Shown here piece after piece: positions 1 through 12,200 of a stretch of DNA of 64,000 nt. The stretch comes from Nemertoderma westbladi (lineage: Eukaryota > Animalia > Xenacoelomorpha). The stretch lies in contig JAUCBJ010007533.1 in the NCBI GenBank assembly GCA_032718475.1, positions 1 through 64,000 on the forward strand, written 5' to 3'. The notes under the pieces were generated by a model. The model saw only the letters and a program-made list of their open reading frames with translations, had not been told where the DNA came from and did not search any database. How positions within the stretch are numbered: the stretch's first letter is position 1; each line of letters opens with the position of its first letter. A program made the position numbers and the translations under genes.

Positions 1-116
1 CTGATGATACAGCTAGCAATGTATGGGGTTGCTTATTGACTATAGTGTGCATTCTGGTTTGTTATTTAAGTATTATTTTCAAATTGTTATTATAATTCCA
101 CTGTCCTGGTTTGCAG

Positions 117-299
117 GTCAGACAGACGGTTACAAAGGAGACAGATCGTCGACATTGACACCCGGAAACCGAATGTCTGGCGTCCCGGACGCAGCTGCAT
201 CCCCCAAAAGAGACACCCCCCAGCGGGCCTTTCTGGATGTCCGAAGCGCCTCCATGCAAAATCAGAGTAAAATTAACCCGGATATTTTATCGGTTATAG
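117..299 (+). CDS. DOCK9: DOCK9/10/11-like exon
   Basis: ttgcAG acceptor, GTgagt donor, phase 1-1; low-complexity linker sequence. Confidence 0.7.
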
Positions 300-3200
300 G
301 TGAGTTGATAACGTTTCGTCATATTAAATCACCCGAGCTGTCTCACTAAATCGCCCGGGGTATCTCACAAAATGGCCCGGGCTATCTCTCTAAATCGCCC
401 GGGCTATCTCACTAAATGGCCCGGGGTATCTCACTAAATCGCCCTGGGTTTTTTACTAAATGGCCCGGGCTATCTCTCTAAATCGCCCGGGCTATCTCAC
501 TAAATTGCCCGGGTATCTCACTAAATCGCCCGGGGTATCTCACAAAATGGCCGGGCTATCTCTCTAAATCGCCCGGGCTATCTCACTAAATGGCCCGGGG
601 TATCTCACTAAATCGCCCTGGGTTTCTCACTAAATGGCCCGGGCTATCTCTCTAAATCGCCCGGGCTATCTCACTAAATGGCTCGGGTATCTCACTAAAT
701 CGCCCGGGCTATCTCACTAAATGGCCCGGGGTATCTCTCTAAATCGCCTGGGCTATCACACTAAATCGCCCGGGCTATATCATGTTACTTACTAACGTAA
801 CTCGGACACCAAGTTCTAACTAAGTTACATGTGTCTGTCTGGGCGAGGAAAAAATCTTAAAGGAATATTCAATTCGAACTTCATTGTGCAATTTAAACAA
901 TTAATTAATTGTACAGAAAGATACAACACACGGTAAATATGGTAATTACGAATACATTAGACTGACTTCTCAGACATTGAATGTTGGGCGGTTCTACTGA
1001 ATTAACCAATGTCCTGGTCTATATCCGTACCCAACATTTTTTTAAATGAATTCCTGAAAAACAAGATTAGCACAATGATTAATCTTGGATTTCATAACAT
1101 TAGGATCAATTATAATAGCCATTATTATTTGTTTTGTCTGTTTCGCTTCAGCTGGGGGACAAACTAACCAACTGATGCGGTCTAACACGGGTAGCACCTC
1201 CACTCTAATGAGTCTCTCAACCGCTAACGACTCGTTGGAACGGCCCAAACGAAAGGATTCAGAAGCGACACTCACCTCCAGCAGTTAGTGGTGTTTATTA
1301 AATATTAAATATGTTTATTTTGGTTAGATTTGCACCCCCCACACCTAAACTGAGCCCTCCACTAAACTGAGCCCTCCACTAAACTGAGCCCTCTACTAAA
1401 CTGAGCCCTCCACTAAACTGAGCCCTCCACTAAACTGAGCCCTCCACTAAACTGAGCCCTCCACTAAACTGAGCCCTCCACTAAGCTAAGCCCTCCACTA
1501 AACTGAGCCCTCCACTAAACTGAGCCCTCCACTAAACTGAGCCCTCCACTAAACTGAGCCCTCCACTAAACTGAGCCCTCCACTAAACTGAGCCCTCCAC
1601 TAAACTGAGCCCTCCACTAAACTGAGCCCTCCACTAAACTGAGCCCTCCACTAAACTGAGCCCTCCACTAAACTGAGCCCTCCACTAAACTGAGCCCTCC
1701 ACTAAACTGAGCCCTCCACTAAACTGAGCCCTCCACTAAACTGAGCCCTCCACTAAGCTAAGCCCTCCACTAAACTGAGCCCTCCACTAAACTGAGCCCT
1801 CCACTAAACTGAGCCCTCCACTAAACTGAGCCCTCCACTAAACTGAGCCCTCCACTAAACTGAGCCCTCCACTAAACTGAGCCCTACACTAAAGTGAGCC
1901 CTCCATTAAACTGCCCTACGTTCCATGGCGTAGTTGTTTGCTGGAAAAAACATTTAAATATCCCAAATTTCTTCTTCGCTCTGCAGTTTCACAAATTTCC
2001 CGGAATCTACATTCTTCGACTCTCCGTTTCGAGAAACTGGACAATAACGAGGCTAAAGACATCCTCATGTGTTTCTTGTACATCTGTAAACACGCGTCCC
2101 CGAACGTGATTCTGGGATTCTGGGATAATTGTACGGAATCAGAGCTCGGGGAATTCTTCAGATTGTTAGAGTAAGTCGCTTTATAACTGTTATTTCGGTA
2201 TTATTAAATTAGCCAGTTTTGAACTATTAGATCAGTGGGTTTTGAGCTCTTAGATTGGCATGAATCTAACTGTTAAAGATCAGTCGGTAGCGAGCTGTTA
2301 GATTTGCTTGAATCTATCTGTTAGATCAGTGAGGTTTGAGCTGTTAGATTAGCATGAATCTAAATGGTTAGATCAGTGGGTTTTGAGTTGTTAGATTAGC
2401 ATGAATCTAACTGGTTAGATCAGTGGGTTTCGAGCTGTTAGATTAGCATGAATCTAAATGGTTAGATCAGTGGGTTTTGAGTTGTTAGATTAGCTTGAAT
2501 CTAACTGGTTAGATCAGTGGGTTTCGAACTGTTAGATCAGTGTGTTTTGAGTTGTTAGATTAGCATGAATCTAACTGGTTAGATCAGTGGGTTTCGAGCT
2601 GTTAGATTAGCATGAATCTAACTTGTTAGATCTGTGAGTTTTGAGTTGTTAGATTAGCATGAATCTAACTGGTTAGATCAGTGGGTTTCGAGCTGTTAGA
2701 TTAGCATGAATCTAACTTGTTAGATCTGTGAGTTTTGAGTTGTTAGATTAGCATGAATCTAACTGGTTAGATCAGTGGGTTTCGAGCTGTTAGATTAGCA
2801 TGAATCTAACTTGTTAGATCTGTGAGTTTTGAGTTGTTAGATTAGCATGAATCTAACAGGTTAGATCAGTGGGTTTTGAGCTGTTAGATTAGCATGAATC
2901 TAACTGTTAGATCAGTGGGTTTCGAACTGTTAGATCAGTGAGTTTTGAGTTGTTAGATTAGCATGAATCTAACTGGTTAGATCAGTGGGTTTCGAGCTGT
3001 TAGATTATCATGAATCTAACTTGTTAGATCTGTGAGTTTTGAGTTGTTAGATTAGCATGAATCTAACTGGTTAGATCAGTGGGTTTCGAGCTGTTAGATT
3101 AGCATGAATCTAACTTGTTAGATCTGTGAGTTTTGAGTTGTTAGATTAGCATGAATCTAACTGGTTAGATCAGTGGGTTTCGAGCTGTTAGATTAGCATG

Positions 3201-6200
3201 AATCTAACTTGTTAGATCTGTGAGTTTTGAGTTGTTAGATTAGCATGAATCTAACTGGTTAGATCAGTGGGTTTCGAGCTGTTAGATTAGCATGAATCTA
3301 ACTTGTTAGATCTGTGAGTTTTGAGTTGTTAGATTAGCATGAATCTAACTGGTTAGATCAGTGGGTTTCGAGCTGTTAGATTAGCATGAATCTAACTTGT
3401 TAGATCTGTGAGTTTTGAGTTGTTAGATTAGCATGAATCTAACTGGTTAGATCAGTGGGTTTCGAGCTGTTAGATTAGCATGAATCTAACTTGTTAGATA
3501 TGTGAGTTTTGAGTTGTTAGATTAGCATGAATCTAACTGGTTAGATCAGTGGGTTTCGAGCTGTTAGATTAGCATGAATCTAACTTGTTAGATCTGTAAG
3601 TTTTGAGTTGTTAGATTAGCATGAATCTAACTGGTTAGATCAGTGGGTTTCGAGCTGTTAGATTAGCATGAATCTAACTTGTTAGATCTGTGAGTTTTGA
3701 GTTGTTAGATTAGCATGAATCTAACTGGTTAGATCAGTGGGTTTCGAGCTGTTAGATTAGCATGAATCTAACTTGTTAGATCTGTAAGTTTTGAGTTGTT
3801 AGATTAGCATGAATCTAACTGTTAGATCAGTGAGTTTTGAGCTGTTAGATTAGCTTGAATCTAACTGGTTAGATCAGTGGGTTTCGAACTGTTAGATTAT
3901 TGAGTTTTGAGCTGTTAGATTAGCATGAATCTAACTGGTTAGATCAGTGGGTTTTGAGCTGTTAGATTAGCATGAATCTAACTGGTTAGATCAGTGGGTT
4001 TTGAGGTGTTAGATTGGCATGAATCTAACTGTTAGATCAGTGAGTGTTGAGCTGTTAGATTAGCATGAATCTAACTGGTTAGATCACAGTGAGTTTTGAG
4101 CTGTTAGATTAGCATGAAGCTAACTGGTTAGATCAGTGGGTTTCGAGCTGTTAGATTAGCTTGAATCTAACTGGTTAGATCAGTGGGTTTCGAGCTGTTA
4201 GATCAGTGGGTTTTGAGCTGTTAGATTGGCAAGAATCTAACTGTTAGATGAGTCGGTTTCGAGCTGTTAGGTTAGCATGAAGCTAACTGTTTTAGCGTGT
4301 ATGTATTAGTTTCTTTACTATCATAAGATGTTAAGGATCCCTGCTTATTCTCATTGCTCTGATATCTCGAAAAATTGTTTTTTATTTTAAGTAATTATAT
4401 TTATCTTATTAATAATAATATAGGATAATGTTCATATAATATTCCATACAGAGAGGTACTAACGACTACAGGTTTGGTATCACTTTGTTAAAATTTCCAT
4501 TAGTTGAGGCTATAAAAATAGTTTTTACTTTATCTTATTTCATATCTGTATGGCTCAATTCTTAGCATTCGGTGGATAAAATTAATAACTTTTAATAAAT
4601 CGATAATTATTTACTTTATCTCAATGTTTAATAAATTATTCCCTTTATAATATATATTTCCTGTAGAATTTCGATAGAATTGTTCCAATACACGGGACGC
4701 AAGCAGATTCAGTCTGCTAGCACATCGGAGAAGATATCGACTCCTACCAACCTTATGGAAGAGCGGTCCCGGTCTATGCCTAGCAGGAAGGGTTCAGGGA
4801 CACTGGCTATGCGACTCAGCAGTATAAAGGATGCAGCCGGTGTGAATGCTTTACTGCATGGTGTGTGTCACTAATCACTGTATTGTTTACAGCTGTAATA
4901 TTTATTAATTTAATTATTTATTTAATTATTCAAGGGATTTCTCAAGTGACATTTGCCCACGAGAACGCCTTCCTTTGTAAGGCGAAACCTACCGATCAGC
5001 TGATTACTGATTCCATGCAACCGTCTAGGTCCAGTTGCTGCTTAGTTATTACAAAGTTTGGTCCTTACCGACCAAACGGTTTGGTTTTTTACTGAACCGG
5101 CTTGAATGGATCTAGGACACTCCCCCTCCCGGACACTCCCCCCCCCCCGGACACTTCCCCCCCCCCCCCGGACACTTCCCCCCCGGACACTCCCCCCCCC
5201 CCCAGTTAAAGTTTTAAAATTGATATGGGTGTATCAAAGCAATAAACCAAAGTTAAAGATGGTTACAGGACAAATGTATCCAGACAAGTTTTTTCAAAAT
5301 TATAAAAGAAACATTTTTATAGTCAAATTTTTGTTGTTATTCTTTTGATTTGGGGCTGCCGCCCCCAAACCCCCGCTTCTTTTCTTGGGGGCTGCCGCCC
5401 CCAAATCCCCGCTTCTTTTCTTGGGGGCTGCCGCCCCCAAACCCCCGCTTCTTTTCTTGGGGGCTGCCGCCCCCAAACCCCCGCTTCTTTTCTGGGGGCT
5501 CTCGCCACCAAACCTCGGCATTTCCCTGAGTGCCCGTGGTGAAAGACTTAAGACCACTTTAAAATAATTAATTCATGTTTGTATCATCAGATAATAAATC
5601 AACTAAGCCTAAAGTAGGAGCTGTATTGAATGTTAACCAAATTAATATATAAATTACTACAATATTATATAATTCAACAAAATCCTATTAAAAATATTGC
5701 AAGTAACCAGGAAATTTAATATGTAGTGTGTATAATATCTATATATATAGTATGTATAGTAATATGTATATCAATATGTAATGTAATGCTGAACACAGAA
5801 TACAAGTCGACGCATGTCGATTTTACCCTGGAGAGGTATAATTTTGATTGCAACAATAATATTCATCCCCATCTGCTACAATTTGAAGAAGACTATTACA
5901 TAATAATACCTATAATTAAAACAATTAATTATTATAATTCTATAGTTAATAAAAACAGTATATTATTCGGGGGATGGAATTTATAGGTCATCTAATTAAT
6001 TGTTTAAAGATTAGCAAACAATACGATGTAATTGCATTGATAAAACCCATAAATAAAACTTGGATACAAAATGTAAAATCGGGATGCAAAAGATCACTTT
6101 CTGAGCTACGAAAGGAAAATTGGATACAACTTATCTGGATACAAGCGGTCCGTTTACCTTACTAAATGAAAAATACGAATGTGCGAAGTTAAGAACAGTC

Positions 6201-9200
6201 GGGGGGAAGTGTCCGGGGGGGAGTGTCTGGGGGGGAAGTGTCCTACTTGAACGGGGGGGAACTGTCCGGGGGGAAAGTGTCCGGGGGGGGGAGTGTCTGG
6301 GGGGGAGTGTCTGGGGGGGAAGTGTCCTACTTGAACGGGGGGGAACTGTCCGGGGGGAAAGTGTCCGGGGGGGGAAGTGTCTGGGGGGGAAGTGTCTGGG
6401 GAGAAGTGTCCTACTTGAGCTGGGGGGGAACTGTCCGGGGGGAAGTGTCCTACTTGAGCTGGGGGGGAACTGTCCGGGGGGGAAGTGTCCGAACACCGGC
6501 TTGAATAATGAAATAATTAATTGATTAATATTCCCAAAAGTTATTATTTAAATTTAACATATTTGTATTAATTTGGTTCTGTTGTGTATCTTTTATCTGC
6601 TGTTTGCCTTTCTGTTTTTTAGCGTTTGTTGCTTTACTTCTGATTATTGATGTCTGAATTACTTGACTGTCAGTGTTTCCTATACAGTATCTCTCTCTGT
6701 CACTTTGTCTCTCTTTCAGACTGACTGTTTGTCTGTTAGCTTCTCTTTATCTGTCGGCTTTTTGTCTTTGTATATGTTTATCATTGTGAAGTAGGAATTG
6801 TTTTAATGTTTATGCTACTATTATGGTATAATAATCGTTTTTGTATGATAATTTCAAGGACTCCAGACAGCTGAGAACCCAGAGACACTGCACCGCATGC
6901 AGCTACAAGGGAATATGGCAACCGAAGTTGGGCTAATTGTTCTTGATCTTTTGGATAGATTTACTCTACTATATAAGGTTGGTCTGCAGTTGTTCAAATT
7001 ATTAATTTCCATAATTTTTGTCTGAAAATTCCAGTTTTAAGTATCCTATATATTTTTCAGATGTAATAAAGTTTACAATCCTATCCTATCGATGCTGCCA
7101 TAAAATGCTTTTCATAGAAATATGATTTGTGTGACGGGATCAGATAGAGGATCCCGGTTTATCCGGTGGTTAGATTTATTTACGCGTCCCGCCGTGTGAA
7201 AAGAGTGCGTTAGAGTTCCTGTTGTTAATCGTTCGGTATGTATATAATATAAAATGATATAAAGTATAAGCACAGTTATAGCGAATGCAGTTAGTAATTG
7301 CAGTATACAGACAACATGAATGAATAAACGGCTGAACGGTAATAAAAGTTGCCGTCCTACCCTAACTGAACTGGCTAGCTAATGAGTGAATGAATAACAC
7401 GGTTACTGGTAGTATATTGCACCGGTTGGCCGTATTACACTACTCAGCCGATGCCTTCCCCCCATTGGCTAATAACTCACTTCTCACCCTCCCATCTCCC
7501 TGGGAGTACTTCCCCCCCGCTGCTGTCTCTCTCTCCCTCCCGGAGGTGTAACCTCTGACCCCCGCTGTGTGTGTTCCCTTGGGGCCTATTGTCCCCGCTT
7601 ATTGGGGTGACACGAGGTTGATTGGTAACCAACCTCGTGCTCCCAATATTGCTTAAAACCAACTCTGTGGGCCTGGGTAGCGGAATTGAATACGCTAACA
7701 CTCCCCCCCATGCTATCTTCCCGGTGAGAAGATAGCATCCTCCTCTAGTGCGCTACAATTCCGCTGGATCTCGACGTAGCATCGAGTGTGGGGTGGAACT
7801 ATTTTCCCGGAGCCGGCTTTCCAGGCCGTTCCCTATGGGTATGATATTACTACCCCGTCTTGGTACAACTCTACCTATCTTACACCAAGACATCTGGCGT
7901 CCCGCGTTGGGCCGATCGTGCGCTTCTCCCACACAATTTTGTTTCCCCAACACTTTCACCACTAACTCCCCTCCACTTTCATCCTATCTCTTCCACACTC
8001 CCGGACCTCCTCGTCCCTCACTCTGCCTCTTACTTCTCCCCCCCCCCCCCACACTTGAATTGCACCCACACTCTCTCCGCGCTATCTCCACACCACCTCT
8101 CGCTATCTCTCATCCTGTCAAAAATCTCCTCTCCATTCTCCCCCCGATTCCCATTCTCGCTTTCGTCCCTTACACGATCATTGGGCCCCACACATGAGCG
8201 CTCATGTTGGTGGGAGCCGTCCAAGTCCCGTCCTGTCGCCCTAGTCAATTAATTCCCAGTCCCAGTGGCCATTGGAAAAAGGTTGTGCTCGACTACGGTA
8301 CGTACTTTATAATATATATATGTGAGTTACTTATATAATTATTATAAGGCTATTATTATCATATATTATATTATATGATCGTCCACATGACGCGCCTCAC
8401 TCTCTCGGCCTTTCTCCCCTGGCGACCTCTTCCAGTCGCCTCTCGCCAAATCTATCCGCTTCCAACTTCTCCCACGTGATATATGTATCCACCTCCCAGT
8501 CTGCTAGACGCCGGCTGTTGTATTACACCGACTCGCCCTCCAGCCCCAGGTGGTCTACAGACCTTCGAAGGCCACCCTTGAGGGCTCTTCTGTAGTTCGG
8601 AGGTGATCCTAATATCCTTAATTTTGTTTTAATTTTATTTTTTTTATCCCTATTTGCCCCTGTTCTGTGCTACTACTTCCACGGTCTCTACTCTCTTACT
8701 GCTAACTCTACTAACCCTTCTAGCTCTATTTTCTACTAACTCTTACTATATACTATATTTTATATCCCCCTACCACTAATTCTTGCTACTAACGGTACTC
8801 TACGTACCCTCTTACTAACTAGTTCTACAACTAACTACTACTCTTACTAGCCGGTACTACGTACCCTCTTACTAACTTCCAACTCTACTCTTACTAATCG
8901 GTACTACGTACCCTCTTACTAACTTCTCTAACTCTACTCTTACTAACCGGTACTACGTACCCTCTTACTAACTTCTCTAACTCCACTCTTACTAACCGGT
9001 ACTACGTACCCTCTTACTAACTTCTCTAACTCCACTCTTACTAACCGGTACTACGTACCCTCTTACTAACTTCTCTAATTCCACTCTCACTAACCGGTAC
9101 TACGTACCCTCTTACTAACTTCTCTAACTCCACTCTTACTAACCAGTACTACGTACCCTCTTACTAACTTCTCTAACTCCACTCTTACTAACCGGTACTA

Positions 9201-12200
9201 CATACCCTCTTACTGCTGACTCTTGCTAACTAACTACTTACACTTACTACGTACCTACTACGTACTATTACTTTCTCTTTATTTTTTTATATTTTTATTT
9301 TGTTTGTGGGAAGGGCGTCTCGCCCTCATTCCCACCCCCCTCAGTCCAAGACTTGGACGATTAAACTCTACTAAACCCCACTCTAACTCAACTAAGGTGC
9401 TCCCTCCAACAGGCAACACTTCCCTACAGCCCTCCTGTAGGTCTTCCTGTCTTTCGCAACTATCTTGCCACCTATCCGCACTTCTACCGACCGGACTCTT
9501 CCGTCCTCGTCGGAGTAAGTGCCCACAACTCTCGCCAACCGCCACTGGTTGTTGATGATGGTATCGTCGGTGACGATCACCAGATCACCCTCCTTTAACT
9601 CTCTGTTTGTGTTCCTCCACTTGCTTCTCCTGTGAAGCGTGGGTAGATATTCCTCAACCCACCTCCTCCAATACTCTGCGCTTATCGCCTTAGCGACTTT
9701 CCAACTCTGGCGGGAGTGTATGTCATCTGGGTCTACACCCCGCATATTGATGGTCGCTGGCCTTTCCATTAGAAAATGGCTGGGCGTCAGCACGTCTAAT
9801 GACTCAGGGTCATCATTTTCTGGATATAGCGGTCTGCTATTAATGATACCCTCACACTTCGCTAGTACCGTTCTTAGTACGTCCTCCGTAACCATGTGGG
9901 TGTTCATCAACTTCGTCATCAGACGCTTCGATCTACCCACGAGTCTCTCGACGGATCCTAGGGTATGCGGAGCATACGGCGTCCTCCTCTCCCACTTCAC
10001 TTGTCGTTTTCTCATGGCTGCCCTGACTTCCTCCCCTTCCAGGATATCCAAGGCCTCTGCCATCTCGTTCTCTGCCCCCACAAAGTTGGTCCCGTTGTCG
10101 GAGTATATTACTGCGATCGTCCCACCTTTGCGGTCTCTAAACCTTTCTAGGGCATTAATGAATGCCGATGCGGTTGCATCTTGGGCGAGTTCTATCCCTA
10201 CCGCCCGCGTGTTGTTACATACGAAGATGATACCGTAGCGTTTCTCCGTGTGCCGCATCACCTTAATCTTTATCGGCCCGAACATATCCACACCGCAATG
10301 CGTAAATGGCGGGTCGTGCTGTCTCACCCTACTGGCCGGTAGTGGCGCCATCTCCTGTATAGCTCACTCCTTCTTAGCTCGTCGGCAGGTCTGGCACTGC
10401 CCCACTACCGCCTTTACCTTCTTCCTCAGTTGCTTGACCCAAAAGGTCCTTCGTATCTCCGTGAGGGTCCAGTTAGTGCCCCCGTGCAATATCGACTTGT
10501 GGGAGTCCCAGATAATCTGGTGGACTATTGGCGATCCAGTCGGGATGATGATGGGCTTTGGCGGTATTACAATGCTGTTGTTGTTCAATACCCTAGAGTT
10601 CATTACTAGGATCCCGTCATCATTAAGTTGTGGTGACAGCGCGATCAGCTCGCTGTCCCGTCGGAGATGCTGTTGTTTACCGATGCGTCCCACCTCGTCG
10701 CCGTAGTTCTTCCTCTGCTCGTAGCGGATGACTGCTTTGGCCGCTCCCTCCAGATCTATGGTTGTTCTAATCTTTACGTCTTTGCCAACTCCCTTGAGGA
10801 AATCCCCGAAGGCTCTCCAGTACGCCACTAATTTCTTGGTCTTGTACCAACTAGAGCTGTAGCTGAGGAGTTTATCCGTCGGGTTATCGCACAGTTCTCC
10901 CTGTTTTGGTTGCACGTCCCCTATCTCCCTCACCATCTGGCTATAGATCTCTTCTCCCCCTGAATCTCCCTCTTCCTCCTTTAACGCTACTTCTCCTGAG
11001 CCCGGGTCCACCTTTCTCATCGGCGGCCAGGCCCCCTTATCGCTCAGAAACTGTGGCCCGTGTTGCCACAATACTTCCTTTTTAAAGAAAGTGTGGCGTG
11101 CCACGCCCCTCGATAACAAGTCCGCTGGGTTCTCGTCCATTGGGCAGTAGTGCCACCTTTCTAATTCTGTGGTCGTCCTTATTTCGTCCACCCTATTTGC
11201 GACGAATATAGGGTATCTCGTCCTCTCGTTATGTAGCCAGCCAAGCACTACCATGGAATCCGTCCAATAGTGTGTCTCCACTATGTTGGGAATAACTTCC
11301 ATTAAGTAGGCTGTGGCCCTAACTCCTAACCTCGCAGCTGTCAATTCGAGTTTCGGAACCAATGCTGAATCTGGTGGCGTCGACTTCGCCTTGCTAAAGG
11401 CGAGTCTGGGCTTGTGAGCCCCCTCTCGTTGTACTAAATAGAGTGCCGCTCCGTATGCCTCTAATGACGCATCGGAGAACATGTGCAGATCCAGATTCGT
11501 CATGTCCCCATCTGGGAAATACACTCGTAGCATGCTGTATGTTCCCATCTGCTCCAAACTCTCTGTCCATTTACACCACTGCTTTCTGATCTCTTCTGGT
11601 ACCTCTGCGTCCCACTCGTCCTTCAGTTTGTATACTCTCTTGAGTATCTGTTTCCCCGTGACTAACAATGGGGATGCTAGGCCTAGGGGATCGTATATCC
11701 TCGCTATGTACGACACATAATCTGCGCCCTCCTGGCTTAATTGGTACTTCAGCTCGTCCGCCTCTCTGTTCCACACGATCCCCAGTGCCTTCTGTTGGGA
11801 CTCTATTCGTTTGTTCGCCATGTCCTGTCCCTTGGCTGTCATGGGATTATCCATGGTCGATCCTGGTCTCTCATCCTTTATCGCCTCGATAAATTCCTCT
11901 GAACTGGACTGGAATTTGGTTAGGTTAAAGCCGGATCCTTTAAGGATGTCGCGAACCTCGCGCCCTGTGTCCAGTAGTTCCTTAACCGTGTTTCCAGACT
12001 CCATCCCGTCGTCTACATAGAAGCCGCGTCGAATCATATCGACGGCCCTAGCGCTGTATTTATCTTTCTTTCCCTCTACTGTGTCTCTTACGGCCATAGT
12101 CGTCGTGAATGAAGACGACTTGGCTCCCATATTCTGTACTATCATCTTGTACATCGGTATTGTCGACGGTTCTTCGTCGCCGTCGTACCATAGGAAGCGT

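Noticed and set aside
2213-4290. Palindromic repeats with alternating spacers resembling a CRISPR array
   Set aside because: Spacers are themselves repeated (two variants), no cas genes, eukaryotic intron
5106-6524. Pro/Gly-rich ORFs on both strands
   Set aside because: Subterminal and internal repeats of a non-autonomous DNA transposon
10361-10366. TGA between IN zinc finger and core as programmed readthrough
   Set aside because: Falls mid-integrase in a copy with other lesions (protease D to N, deletions); most likely a nonsense mutation
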